From the NCBI GenBank assembly GCA_964440465.1, contig CAYTSI010000005.1, forward strand, positions 151 to 64,150: a stretch of 64,000 nucleotides of DNA, written 5' to 3'. A program made the translations under genes and the position numbers. The notes under the pieces are model-generated. The model did no database searches, had not been told where the DNA came from, and saw only the letters and a program-made list of their open reading frames with translations. Of this stretch, positions 1 to 8,533 are shown piece by piece (position 1 is the stretch's first letter; each line of letters starts with the position of its first letter). The stretch is from an uncultured Spirochaetales bacterium. Lineage in GTDB: Bacteria; Spirochaetota; Spirochaetia; SPDA01; CAZSGZ01.

Positions 1-736
1 CTTCGGTAATGCCGCCGTCGGTGATAAAGGCGTCGAAATCTTTTAAATCGGCGAAGTGGGTTGAATGCACCTTCCCGATTTTTGATGAATCGGCAACGAG
101 GATCGAAGATATACTCGAATCGATAATCGCCTTTTTTGTTTCCATCTCGTACTGGTTTGGGCAGGTAACGCCTAGATCTTTGCTGATTCCCCCGGCGGAG
201 ATAAAAGCTTTCGACGCCCTGGACCGCCGTATCAGGGAGATCCCCTCGGGGCTTTCAAACATCATCGTATTTTCATGAAGATATCCCCCGGCGAAGATGA
301 CGCGGCAGTTCTTCTTTTTCTGCAATTCCGCGAGGATGTTGAAAGAGTAGCAGATTACCGTCAGCGGCAGGTCCGCGGGAATGGAGCGCGCGATGTATTC
401 GGTAGTGGACCCGGCATCGATGCTGATAACGTCCTCCGCTTCGATGAGGGACGCGGCGTACCGGCCGATGGCTGCTTTTTCTTTCGTCTGTTTCGATCCC
501 GCCGTGATAAGGGAATAACTGATTTCACCCGATGGCGGTCCGCTGTTCTGGGCCGGATTTAAGACCGCGCCGCCGTGAAGGAGCTGGATGTAGTTTTGAT
601 CCTCGAGTTCCTGCAGGTCCCGCCGGATAGTCATGTGGGAAACGCCGAGCTTGTCGGCAAGTTCGTTTACCGACGCGGCATTATAAATCCGGAGAATTTT
701 CAGTATTTCATCTAACCGTTCCTTTTTATCGGCCAT
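1..736 (-). CDS. DeoR/GlpR-family transcriptional regulator, probably of the adjacent BMC operon. The start is at 734-736 and the C-terminus runs off the window edge.
   Basis: The reverse-strand translation begins MADKKERLDEILKILRIYNAASVNELADKLGVSHMTIRRDLQELE, which is an N-terminal HTH followed by a DeoR-type sugar-phosphate sensor domain. The ORF continues past position 1. It is absent from the ORF track only because it is truncated. Confidence 0.8.
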   Translation of the reverse strand, partial: MADKKERLDEILKILRIYNAASVNELADKLGVSHMTIRRDLQELEDQNYIQLLHGGAVLNPAQNSGPPSGEISYSLITAGSKQTKEKAAIGRYAASLIEAEDVISIDAGSTTEYIARSIPADLPLTVICYSFNILAELQKKKNCRVIFAGGYLHENTMMFESPEGISLIRRSRASKAFISAGGISKDLGVTCPNQYEMETKKAIIDSSISSILVADSSKIGKVHSTHFADLKDFDAFITDGGITE

Positions 737-747
737 TTCCCCCGCCT

Positions 748-777
748 TTACTTGACAAAAATGTATTATGGAATGTA
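748..777 (+). promoter_or_regulatory. Candidate sigma70-like promoter for the BMC operon: a TTGACA -35 box at 748-753 with an AT-rich -10 roughly 17-18 bp downstream.
   Basis: Sequence cTTGACAaaaatgtattatggaatgTAAAAT read directly. The site lies in the 125-bp gap between the divergent deoR-like gene and the first BMC gene. Confidence 0.35.
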
Positions 778-794
778 AAATAACTATCAATATA

Positions 795-835
795 TGTTAA
801 CAAAATACCATCGTTATGTTAAAATTATAACGTAA
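795..835 (+). promoter_or_regulatory. Direct-repeat candidate operator (ATGTTAACA ... ATGTTAAAA) upstream of the BMC operon, a possible DeoR binding site.
   Basis: Two ATGTTAA(C/A)A copies about 20 bp apart were seen in the sequence. DeoR-family repressors characteristically bind direct repeats. Confidence 0.25.
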
Positions 836-860
836 AACCAAGAAAAAGAAAAGGGAAGGG

Positions 861-1508
861 ATGAAAATTATGAATAATATTGATTTACGGACCTATATCT
901 ACTTAGATTCACTGCAGCCGCAGATGGCATCGTATATATCCACCATTTCCCGGGGATATTTTCCGGTGGCAGGTCAGGCGTGTATGGTCGTGGAGATCTC
1001 GCCGGGTATCGAGATCAACCGGCTGACGGACATCGCTTTAAAAGCGACGAACGTACGGCCTGGAATACAAATCGTCGAGCGGCTGTTCGGGCTCTTAGAG
1101 CTCCATTCCGACAGTCAGGCCGACGCGCGGCAGTCGGGGGAGTCGATCCTGAAAGAGCTCGACTTAACCGAAGCGGACAGGATGAAGCCGACGGTACTGA
1201 CCAGTCAGCTGATAAAAAACGTGGACGACCATCACGCTCAGCTTATCAATAAAGTGCGCTACGGCAACATGATCCTCCGGGGGGACACCCTCTATGTACT
1301 GGAGCTGCAGCCGGCGGGATATGCCTATTACGCCGCGAACGAGGCGGAAAAGGCCTCGCATATAAATATTATCAACGTGCAGGGCTACGGCAGTTACGGC
1401 CGTATTTATATAGCGGGACCGGAAGCGGAAGTTCTGGTCAGCCAGCAGATTGTTGAATCCCGCCTTTTGTCGTTAAGCGGCAGGGAAGCGGGCGGTAAAA
1501 AAGAATAA
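861..1508 (+). CDS. BMC-T shell protein of the permuted tandem-domain type (EutL/PduB-like).
   Basis: The 215-aa protein has two repeated halves that resemble EutL. Compare VEISPGIEINRLTDIALKATNVRPGIQIVERLFG with GDTLYVLELQPAGYAYYAANEAEKASHINIINVQGYG. The gene sits first in the BMC operon. Confidence 0.6.
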   Translation: MKIMNNIDLRTYIYLDSLQPQMASYISTISRGYFPVAGQACMVVEISPGIEINRLTDIALKATNVRPGIQIVERLFGLLELHSDSQADARQSGESILKELDLTEADRMKPTVLTSQLIKNVDDHHAQLINKVRYGNMILRGDTLYVLELQPAGYAYYAANEAEKASHINIINVQGYGSYGRIYIAGPEAEVLVSQQIVESRLLSLSGREAGGKKE

Positions 1509-1547
1509 CTAAAAGAATAACTAAAAGAATAACTAGAGGAGAAAAAA

Positions 1548-1856
1548 ATGGCAGAGGTATTTGAAAACGCATTGGGAATGATCGAAACAAAGAGCTTCGC
1601 CGCGATGGTTGAAGCATCGGACGCCATGGTCAAGGCGGCAAGGGTTGAACTGACGAACTGGGTCAACACAGGCGGCGGTTATGTAACATCCATCGTCCGG
1701 GGCGATGTCGCAGCGGTACGGGCGGCCTTAGACGCGGGCGGCCGGGCGGCTGAAAAAGTCGGTGAACTGATCAGCGTTCATATTATTCCCCGTCCCCATG
1801 ACAATGTGGACAGCGCGCTTCCGTTGGGACGGACACCGCAGGGCGGAAAGAAATAG
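1548..1856 (+). CDS. BMC-H hexameric shell protein (PduA/EutM-like).
   Basis: ALGMIETKSFAAMVEASDAMVKAARVEL ... VTSIVRGDVAAVRAALDAGGRAAEKVGELISVHIIPRPH is the canonical BMC domain (Pfam PF00936). Confidence 0.9.
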   Translation: MAEVFENALGMIETKSFAAMVEASDAMVKAARVELTNWVNTGGGYVTSIVRGDVAAVRAALDAGGRAAEKVGELISVHIIPRPHDNVDSALPLGRTPQGGKK

Positions 1857-1860
1857 GTAG

Positions 1861-2160
1861 ATGGTACTCGCGAAAGTAGTCGGAACGGTTGTAGCTACCC
1901 GAAAAGAGCCGAAGATCGAAGGGATAAAATTCCTGCTGATAGAAAAACTGGACCCGGCAACCATGAAGGGAAAAAAAGACTTTCTCGTGGCCATGGACAG
2001 TGTCGGCGCCGGTCCCGGAGAGGTTGTCTTTTACGTGTCCGGAAGTTCGTCGAGAATGACCGCGACGACGGAGGGCAAACCGAGCGACGCGACCATAACG
2101 GCGATCGTGGACGTAATCGAAATGGACGGGAAGACCGTTTATCACAAGGACAGGCCTTAA
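1861..2160 (+). CDS. BMC-P pentameric vertex protein (EutN/CcmL/PduN family), paralog 1.
   Basis: [15 protein letters not shown]...FLLIEK...[15 protein letters not shown] is the EutN/CcmL fold signature. Confidence 0.85.
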   Translation: MVLAKVVGTVVATRKEPKIEGIKFLLIEKLDPATMKGKKDFLVAMDSVGAGPGEVVFYVSGSSSRMTATTEGKPSDATITAIVDVIEMDGKTVYHKDRP

Positions 2161-2163
2161 GCG

Positions 2164-2451
2164 ATGATTTTTGCACAAACTGTGGGAACGGTGGTGAGCA
2201 CCGCCCGAAGCGATGAGATAGAAGGGGCGAAATTCCTTTTAGTGCGGGAATGCAGCTACAAAGGAGAACTTTCTGACAATTACATGATCGCCCTCGACGC
2301 GGTGCAGACCGGCCCGGGAGAGATGGTCCTCATTGCCCAAGGCAGTTCCTGCCGTCAGACGGAAAACACCTTCCAGAAGCCGGTGGATGCCCTGATTGTG
2401 GGAATCGTCGATTCCATAGACGAGGGAGGGGACCTTGTCTTTAGAAAGTAA
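2164..2451 (+). CDS. BMC-P vertex protein, paralog 2.
   Basis: MIFAQTVGTVVSTARSDEIEGAKFLLVRE...ALDAVQTGPGEMVLIAQGSS is a EutN/CcmL family sequence. Confidence 0.85.
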   Translation: MIFAQTVGTVVSTARSDEIEGAKFLLVRECSYKGELSDNYMIALDAVQTGPGEMVLIAQGSSCRQTENTFQKPVDALIVGIVDSIDEGGDLVFRK

Positions 2452-3790
2452 GACCGCTGTCCGTCTCGCGGAGGCGGTCCGGGAGGCGGGTATCGTCGGC
2501 GCCGGCGGCGCCGGCTTCCCCACCCATAAAAAGCTCGGCGGGACCTGCCGCACGGTAATTGCCAACGGAGCCGAGTGTGAACCCCTTCTGCAGAGCGACA
2601 AATACATTATGGAAACGGAGGCGGAGAAAATCGCCGCCGCCCTCGAGCTTGCGGTGAATGAACTGCGGGCGGAAGAGGGGATTATCGCGGTAAAGGAGAA
2701 GAACAGCCGGGCTGTGGAGCGGCTCGAAGCAGCGGCGGCATCAAGGGTTGCTCTGTCCCTCTATCACCTTGAAAACTTCTATCCAGCGGGGGACGAGCAT
2801 GTGTTAGTCCATGAGATAACCGGAAAGGTAGTGCCCGAGGGGGGTATCCCGATTGCCGTGGGTGTTGTTGTCCTGAATGTGGAAACGCTGTTGAACATCT
2901 GCAACGCGGTATATGAATCGGCCCCGGTCACCCTGCGCACCGTTACCTGTACGGGAGAGGTGAAGACGCCGAAGGTGCTGCGGGTTCCGGTCGGTACGGC
3001 CATGCGGGACGTAATTCATGAGTGCGGGGGTGCTCTGGTGGAAGAACCCGCTATAATCATCGGCGGACCGATGATGGGAAAGGTCACCACCGATGTAGAT
3101 ACGCCGGTTGATAAACTGACCGGCGGAATTATCGTTTTGCCGAGGGACCACGATTGCATTCAACGGAAAACACGGCCGTTAGAAGTGCAGGTGCGGCTCT
3201 CGCGGAGCGCCTGCTGTCAGTGCGTACTGTGCAGCGAGCTCTGTCCCCGGGAGATGCTCGGGCATAATCTGTATCCGCACTTAATTATGCGGCAGATCAA
3301 TTACGGTCTTGATTTGCCGGAAGAAGCGCTGGCAGCGGCGGCGCTCTGCTGTGAATGCGGAGTGTGCGAGGTGTTCGCGTGTCCTATGGGGCTTTCCCCC
3401 TCCTTTATCAACGGAATTATCAAACAGCGGTTTGCCGAGGGGGGGTACAAGCCGGAGTTCCCCGACAGGGAGCCTAAGCCGCATGAGATGCGGGAATACC
3501 GCAAGGTGCCGGCACAGCGGATAATAGGCCGTTTGCGGCTTAACCGCTACGACGAGCCGATGTATGACCGGGGAGGCGCCGTTACACCGGAACGGGTTGA
3601 ATTGCCGCTGCGGCAGCACATCGGGGCGCCGGCGGTGCCGGTGGTTTCCCCCGGGGCAGCGGTGAAACGGGGAGACTTAATCGGGGAAATTCCCGAAGGG
3701 AGCTTAGGGGCACGGGTGCACGCCTCGGTTACGGGGACCGTTACACTGGTGGAGGAAAGCCGGATACTTATTACGGCATCAGGGGCATAA
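2435..3790 (+). CDS. PduS/RnfC-like Fe-S flavoprotein, a BMC-associated NADH-dependent oxidoreductase. A TTG start is used in the ORF track and the true start is uncertain.
   Basis: It carries the GAGGAGFPTHKKL nucleotide-binding motif and two 4Fe-4S ferredoxin motifs (CCQCVLCSELCP and CCECGVCEVFACP). The C-terminal barrel-sandwich-like domain gives the same domain order as PduS. Confidence 0.75.
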   Translation: MSLESKTAVRLAEAVREAGIVGAGGAGFPTHKKLGGTCRTVIANGAECEPLLQSDKYIMETEAEKIAAALELAVNELRAEEGIIAVKEKNSRAVERLEAAAASRVALSLYHLENFYPAGDEHVLVHEITGKVVPEGGIPIAVGVVVLNVETLLNICNAVYESAPVTLRTVTCTGEVKTPKVLRVPVGTAMRDVIHECGGALVEEPAIIIGGPMMGKVTTDVDTPVDKLTGGIIVLPRDHDCIQRKTRPLEVQVRLSRSACCQCVLCSELCPREMLGHNLYPHLIMRQINYGLDLPEEALAAAALCCECGVCEVFACPMGLSPSFINGIIKQRFAEGGYKPEFPDREPKPHEMREYRKVPAQRIIGRLRLNRYDEPMYDRGGAVTPERVELPLRQHIGAPAVPVVSPGAAVKRGDLIGEIPEGSLGARVHASVTGTVTLVEESRILITASGA

Positions 3791-3793
3791 CAT

Positions 3794-4345
3794 ATGGAAT
3801 ACAGCGTAATCGGAGTACTTGAATTTTCGGCAACGGCGGCGGGCATTCTGGCCTTAGACAGCATGGTGAAGGCCGCGCCGGTGAAAATTATCGACGCGAA
3901 AACGATTTGTCCCGGCAAGTTCTATATTATCGTTACCGGAGACGTTGCCTCGGTTGATGCCGCGCTGACGGCGGGCAAAAAAGCGGGCGAGGGGTACTTG
4001 ATCGACGAGCTCTTTATTACCAACCTGCAGGAGCAGGTAATTCCGGCCATTTTAGGAACGGTGGAAACGACGAAGTGGGAATCTTTAGGCGTTATCGAAT
4101 CGTTTTCCATTGTGTCGAGTATCGTCGCGGGGGATTTGGCGGCGAAAGCGGCGGCGGTGGAGCTGCCTGAAATCAGGCTTGCTACGGGAATGGCGGGTAA
4201 ATCGTATGTAAAGATGATCGGGACGGTGCATGAGGTGGAGGTCTCCATGAAGGCGGCGAAAGAGTATGTGGGAAAGCAGGGCCTGTTATGTAAGGACGTT
4301 ATTATTCCCCACGCGCACCCGGAAATGAAGCCGTTTATTTTATAG
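3794..4345 (+). CDS. BMC-T shell protein with tandem BMC domains (PduT-like).
   Basis: The 183-aa protein has two consecutive BMC domains, VIGVLEFSATAAGILALDSMVKAAPVKI and LGVIESFSIVSSIVAGDLAAKAAAVEL. The size and architecture match PduT. Confidence 0.8.
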   Translation: MEYSVIGVLEFSATAAGILALDSMVKAAPVKIIDAKTICPGKFYIIVTGDVASVDAALTAGKKAGEGYLIDELFITNLQEQVIPAILGTVETTKWESLGVIESFSIVSSIVAGDLAAKAAAVELPEIRLATGMAGKSYVKMIGTVHEVEVSMKAAKEYVGKQGLLCKDVIIPHAHPEMKPFIL

Positions 4346-4369
4346 GCACGGCGGAGGTAGGATACAGAT

Positions 4370-5815
4370 ATGCAGATAGATGAAAAAACGATACGGACGG
4401 TTGTCGAAGAGGTGTTAAAAGAGGTGAGCGCGGCGGCGGTGTCGTCCGCCTCGCCGCCCCGGACCCCTTCCCCGGCAGCCTCCTCTACATATCAGGGCTC
4501 ATTCAGTACCATGGACGCAGCCGTGCGCGCGGCGCATCAGGCGCATCTGGATTTAATGAACACGACGCTGGAAATACGGAGAAAAATGATCGATGCCATG
4601 CGGGAGACCATATGGTCCAATCTTTTTGTCCTGTCAAAAAAAGCGGTGGAGGAGACCGGCTTCGGCCGCACCGACGACAAGGTGAAGAAAAACCTTCTCG
4701 CGGCGAAGATGACACCCGGTGTGGAGGATTTAACGCCGACATCGTATACGGATGACCACGGACTTACCCTGACCGAACTCGCACCCTACGGCGTTATCGG
4801 GGCGATTGCTCCGAGTACGAACCCGACGGAGACGATTATCAGCAATGCCATTGGAATGGTAGCAGGCGGAAACACGGCGGTGTTTGGTCCCCACCCGGCC
4901 GCGAAGGAAGTTTCGAAATATACCATCTGCTTGTTAAACACGGCCATTCAGAAAGCCGGCGGACCGGCAAATGTTCTTACAACGGTGGACGAACCGACCA
5001 TCGAGGCCGCCCAGACGATGATGGACCATCCTCTCGTTTCGCTCTTAGTCGTGACCGGCGGCCCGGGAGTAGTAAAAGAGGCGATGAAACGGGCGAAAAA
5101 GGTCATTGCCGCGGGACCGGGGAACCCGCCGGTGGTGGTGGATGAAACCGCGGACATCGTGAAGGCCGGGAAAGATATCGTCGCGGGCGCGGGTTTGGAC
5201 AACAACATCATCTGTATTGACGAGAAAGAAGTCCTGGCGGTGGACTCTATTGCCGATCAGCTGAAGGCGGAAATGAAGAAAAACGGCGCCTTTGAACTGG
5301 ACCGGCAGCAGGCGGAGGCCCTGACGAAAATCGTCATTTCCGATCCCGGACGGCCGGGGCATGAAGGAATGGCGAATAAAAAATACGTGGGAAAAAACGC
5401 GTCCGTATTGGCGGACCTCATCGGCCTGAAGGTCCCCGAAGATACGCGCATCCTCATTGCCGAAGTCGACCGCGACCATCCGATGGTATGGACGGAACAG
5501 CTGATGCCCTTTATTCCGCTGGTGCGGATGAAGAGCGCCGATGAGGCGATCGATTTTGCCGTAGAATGCGAACACGGGTTTCGGCACACGGCAAGCATGC
5601 ATTCGAAAAACATCGAGCGGCTCTCAAGGATGGCGAAAGTCATGAACTGTTCCCTCTTTGTAAAAAACGGTTCGAATTTTAACGGCATGGCCTTCGGCGG
5701 CGCGGGCTACACCTCCTTTACCATTGCCAGTCCCACCGGCGACGGCTTTACCCGGGCGAGGACCTTTACCCGGGAACGGCGGTGTTCGCTCATTGATTAT
5801 TTTCGGATTGTGTAG
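4370..5815 (+). CDS. CoA-acylating aldehyde dehydrogenase (EutE/PduP-like) carrying an N-terminal encapsulation peptide.
   Basis: It has the ALDH-family core with GPGNPPVVVDETADI. The N-terminus is an amphipathic helix, IRTVVEEVLKEV, followed by a Pro/Ser/Ala-rich linker. That arrangement is typical of BMC cargo. Confidence 0.85.
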   Translation: MQIDEKTIRTVVEEVLKEVSAAAVSSASPPRTPSPAASSTYQGSFSTMDAAVRAAHQAHLDLMNTTLEIRRKMIDAMRETIWSNLFVLSKKAVEETGFGRTDDKVKKNLLAAKMTPGVEDLTPTSYTDDHGLTLTELAPYGVIGAIAPSTNPTETIISNAIGMVAGGNTAVFGPHPAAKEVSKYTICLLNTAIQKAGGPANVLTTVDEPTIEAAQTMMDHPLVSLLVVTGGPGVVKEAMKRAKKVIAAGPGNPPVVVDETADIVKAGKDIVAGAGLDNNIICIDEKEVLAVDSIADQLKAEMKKNGAFELDRQQAEALTKIVISDPGRPGHEGMANKKYVGKNASVLADLIGLKVPEDTRILIAEVDRDHPMVWTEQLMPFIPLVRMKSADEAIDFAVECEHGFRHTASMHSKNIERLSRMAKVMNCSLFVKNGSNFNGMAFGGAGYTSFTIASPTGDGFTRARTFTRERRCSLIDYFRIV

Positions 5816-5840
5816 GTTAAGGAAAATAGGAAGTGATGGA

Positions 5841-6113
5841 ATGAAATTAGGGAAAGTAATCGGAACGGTGGTGAGTACACAAAAGGTGGAGTCCTTCGAG
5901 GGGGTAAAGCTTCTTTTAGTACAGCCGTTAGATGAAAATTACGACGAGAAAGGCGGACCCTTAGCGGCGTGTGATACCGTTCAGGCGGGAGTTGGAGACA
6001 TTGTCCTTTATGAAGGCGGCCGGGAAGCCGCCCTGACGCTGGAAAACTGGTACAATCCGTCGGACGCGGCGGTAATGGCTATTGTCGACAGTACAAACCT
6101 GGAGGCAACCTAA
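5841..6113 (+). CDS. BMC-P vertex protein, paralog 3. The internal ATG at 5841 preceded by an aggaag RBS is preferred over the 5724 start.
   Basis: MKLGKVIGTVVSTQKVESFEGVKLLLVQ...DTVQAGVGDIVL is a EutN/CcmL family sequence. A Shine-Dalgarno sequence lies 7 nt upstream. Confidence 0.85.
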   Translation: MKLGKVIGTVVSTQKVESFEGVKLLLVQPLDENYDEKGGPLAACDTVQAGVGDIVLYEGGREAALTLENWYNPSDAAVMAIVDSTNLEAT

Positions 6114-6388
6114 TGCTTGTGGCTAAAGTAATCGGAACGGTTGTCGCCACGCGGAAGCATCCCGTTTTACAGGGGTATAAGCTGTTAATTGTGCAGCCGA
6201 AGGGGCCTGACGGAACGGATGCCGGCGGGATCGAGATTGCCCTCGATACGGTACAGGCAGGGACCGGCGAAACGGTGCTGCTGTTGACGGAGGGCAACTC
6301 TTCGAGGATGATTATCGGCGACGACATGGCCCCGGTACGTGCGGTGGTGGTCGGCATTATCGATGAGGTACAGTACGATGCAGTATAA
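6113..6388 (+). CDS. BMC-P vertex protein, paralog 4.
   Basis: [28 protein letters not shown]...DTVQAGTGETVLL is a EutN/CcmL family sequence. It overlaps the previous stop (TAATG). Confidence 0.85.
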   Translation: MLVAKVIGTVVATRKHPVLQGYKLLIVQPKGPDGTDAGGIEIALDTVQAGTGETVLLLTEGNSSRMIIGDDMAPVRAVVVGIIDEVQYDAV

Positions 6389-6929
6389 AAGTGATTCATC
6401 CATTGTACAAAATATCGTTTCCACGCTTCACACGGCCGCGGACCGGCCGCTTCCGGTGGAGAATACCGCGAACCAGGAAGACAAGGTCCTTCGGGTTGCC
6501 CTCGGGGCGGACCACGGCGGCTTCGAGGCGAAGGAGGCCCTGCGGGAGTATCTGAAGTCCTTAGGTTACCGTGTTACCGACGTCGGGACCGACAGTACCG
6601 AAAGCGTCGACTATCCCGATTTCGCGGTAAAGGTGGCGAAAAAAGTGGCCTCCGGGGAATGCGAGCGGGGAATTATGATCGACGGCGCGGGAATCGGATC
6701 GACGATGGTATGCAACAAGGTGCGGGGCATCCGCGCGGCGCTGTGCTACGATGTGAAAACAATCAGCAACAGCAGGGTGCACAATAACGCGAACGTGCTG
6801 TGCTTAGGCGGCCCCCTGCACGGCAGAGAGGAAATTTTTGAAATGGCAAAGCTGTGGCTAACCACGCGATTCGAGGGCGGCAGACACTGGCCGCGGATTA
6901 ATAAAATGATGGCAGTTGAACGAGGATAA
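6378..6929 (+). CDS. rpiB: Ribose-5-phosphate isomerase B / galactose-6-P isomerase family (RpiB/LacAB) with an N-terminal extension. The start is taken at ATG 6378.
   Basis: LRVALGADHGGFEAKEAL...GIMIDGAGIGSTMVCNKVRGIRAALCYD is the RpiB/LacAB signature. An extra amphipathic segment of about 35 aa (SIVQNIVSTLH) precedes the catalytic domain. Confidence 0.85.
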   Translation: MQYKSDSSIVQNIVSTLHTAADRPLPVENTANQEDKVLRVALGADHGGFEAKEALREYLKSLGYRVTDVGTDSTESVDYPDFAVKVAKKVASGECERGIMIDGAGIGSTMVCNKVRGIRAALCYDVKTISNSRVHNNANVLCLGGPLHGREEIFEMAKLWLTTRFEGGRHWPRINKMMAVERG

Positions 6930-6941
6930 GAGGATAGACAG

Positions 6942-7820
6942 ATGGAGCAGAAAGATTTAGTAGAAAAATTGACGAAAGAGGTTATCGCGCGGCTTACGCA
7001 GGAAGGCAGCGGCGTTACAGGCGGCGCGCCTGCAGGCGGCAGCAGGACAACGGCCTCCGGCGGCGTCGGCGGCAATATGGGCGGCGGCCGGTCATCGGGC
7101 GCCGTACAGGAAGGCGGCTCGGCTCAGGCGGCCGGTTCCGGGGAGCTCCGTCCCTCCGACCTCAATAAATATATCGACCACACTCTGCTCAAACCGGAGG
7201 CGACGAAAGAGCAGATCGACAAGCTCTGCGATGAGGCGAAGGAATACTCTTTTTATTCGGTATGCGTCAACTCGAGCTGGGTGGAATACTGCGCGAAAAA
7301 ACTCCGCGGAAGCGGAGTCAAAATCAGTGCCGTAGTGGGGTTCCCCTTAGGCGCCATGGAAGGCCGTGCGAAGGGTTATGAAACAAGACACGTCGTCGAG
7401 GCGGGTGCCGATGAAATAGATATGGTGATGAACGTGGGCGCCCTGAAATCGGGAGACACGAAAAAGGTTGAAGAAGACATCCGCTGGGTCCGCCGGTCCA
7501 CCCGGCAGAAGACGGTTGTAAAAGTAATTATCGAAGCGGCCCTGCTGACCGATGACGAGAAGGTGCTCGCCTGTCAGATTTCGAAAAACGCCGGCGCCGA
7601 TTTCGTAAAAACGTCCACCGGGTTTGCAAAAGGCGGCGCCACCGCCGAAGATGTCGCCCTGATGCGGCGCACCGTCGGTCCGAAGACGGGCGTTAAAGCT
7701 GCCGGGGGGATCCGCTCCTTCGAAGATGCTGTGAAGATGATCAATGCCGGCGCGACTCGCTTAGGCACCAGTTCCAGCGTAGAGATTGTTACGGGGCAAA
7801 AGAGCACGTCGGCGTACTAA
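6942..7820 (+). CDS. deoC: Deoxyribose-phosphate aldolase (DERA) with an N-terminal encapsulation peptide and Gly-rich linker.
   Basis: The DeoC core is present (YIDHTLLKPEAT...VCVN...KVIIE..L...VKTSTGF, with the Schiff-base lysine region). The first 70 aa are an amphipathic helix, DLVEKLTKEVIARL, followed by a GGAPAGGSRTTASGGVGGNMGGG linker. Confidence 0.9.
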   Translation: MEQKDLVEKLTKEVIARLTQEGSGVTGGAPAGGSRTTASGGVGGNMGGGRSSGAVQEGGSAQAAGSGELRPSDLNKYIDHTLLKPEATKEQIDKLCDEAKEYSFYSVCVNSSWVEYCAKKLRGSGVKISAVVGFPLGAMEGRAKGYETRHVVEAGADEIDMVMNVGALKSGDTKKVEEDIRWVRRSTRQKTVVKVIIEAALLTDDEKVLACQISKNAGADFVKTSTGFAKGGATAEDVALMRRTVGPKTGVKAAGGIRSFEDAVKMINAGATRLGTSSSVEIVTGQKSTSAY

Positions 7821-7907
7821 AGACCGGACACCAGCCTCCCAAAAAGGTCCGGCGAAACGCGAAACGCTAATATTGACAACCAGTATTCAAATCGCTATCG
7901 TTATCAT

Positions 7908-8276
7908 ATGGGGACGTTTCATATCAGCTGTAAAGTAGAAAACCATATTGACCGCGGGAAAAATACTACAGTTAAAAACCTATTAGTAGACACCGGAAGC
8001 GGATTTACCTGGCTCCCCGCCTCGGAACTGGAGAACATCGATGTTGCCCGTGAGAAAAAAGATCTGCCTTTTATTATGGCAAACGGTCAAAGGATTACCA
8101 GGGACGCCGGCTTCGCGATCATCCGTGTAGAAGACCATTTCACCATTGATGAGGTTGTATTCGCGGAGGAAGGGGACTTGCTGCTGTTAGGCGCCCGCAC
8201 TTTAGAAGGACTGAACCTCCGGGTCGATTCGGTCCGGAAGAAACTCGTGGCCGCCGGACCGCTCCCGGCCGCGTAG
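7908..8276 (+). CDS. Retropepsin-like (clan AA) aspartic protease domain protein. It is cytoplasmic and has a single DTG.
   Basis: LLVDTGSGFTWL contains the D-T/S-G-S active-site motif. Length is 122 aa with no signal peptide. It resembles the bacterial Asp_protease_2 / Ddi1-like families. Confidence 0.6.
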   Translation: MGTFHISCKVENHIDRGKNTTVKNLLVDTGSGFTWLPASELENIDVAREKKDLPFIMANGQRITRDAGFAIIRVEDHFTIDEVVFAEEGDLLLLGARTLEGLNLRVDSVRKKLVAAGPLPAA

Positions 8277-8286
8277 AATCTCCCTG

Positions 8287-8517
8287 TTGCCCCGCCGAGT
8301 CCTCTTTGGTATGATGGGACGGGAGATGGACAATACTCCAAAGAAAGCTCCGAACTGCCTGAAATGCCGTTTTTTTTCGGTTTCCTGGGACAGACGTTAC
8401 CCCCGGGCATGTTCCGTATTTGGTATTAAATCGAAGCAGCTTCCCAGCATGGAGGTATACCGGGCCACCGGGCGGCATTGTCCAATGTTTCAAAAATCCG
8501 AAAAAATAAAGGACTAA
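8287..8517 (+). CDS. Small Cys-containing hypothetical protein of up to 76 aa, possibly a zinc ribbon.
   Basis: It is an ORF only. The pattern NCLKC...C...C suggests metal binding. The start codon is ambiguous among three in-frame Met codons. Confidence 0.3.
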   Translation: MPRRVLFGMMGREMDNTPKKAPNCLKCRFFSVSWDRRYPRACSVFGIKSKQLPSMEVYRATGRHCPMFQKSEKIKD

Positions 8518-8533
8518 ACTGAAGGAATACATC

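Noticed and set aside
9-562. Plus-strand ORFs 9-278 and 275-562 at the window start
   Set aside because: They lie antisense to a much better-supported DeoR-family regulator gene (1-736, minus strand). That gene is missing from the ORF track only because it is truncated at the window edge.
5045-5688. Minus-strand ORFs of 143-185 aa inside the aldehyde dehydrogenase gene, and many similar antisense ORFs elsewhere (for example 13296-14003, 48768-49484, 52116-53036, 57634-58482)
   Set aside because: They are fully embedded in, and antisense to, long ORFs with clear family signatures. Their translations are low-complexity and Arg/Pro/Ser-rich, as expected for GC-rich antisense frames.
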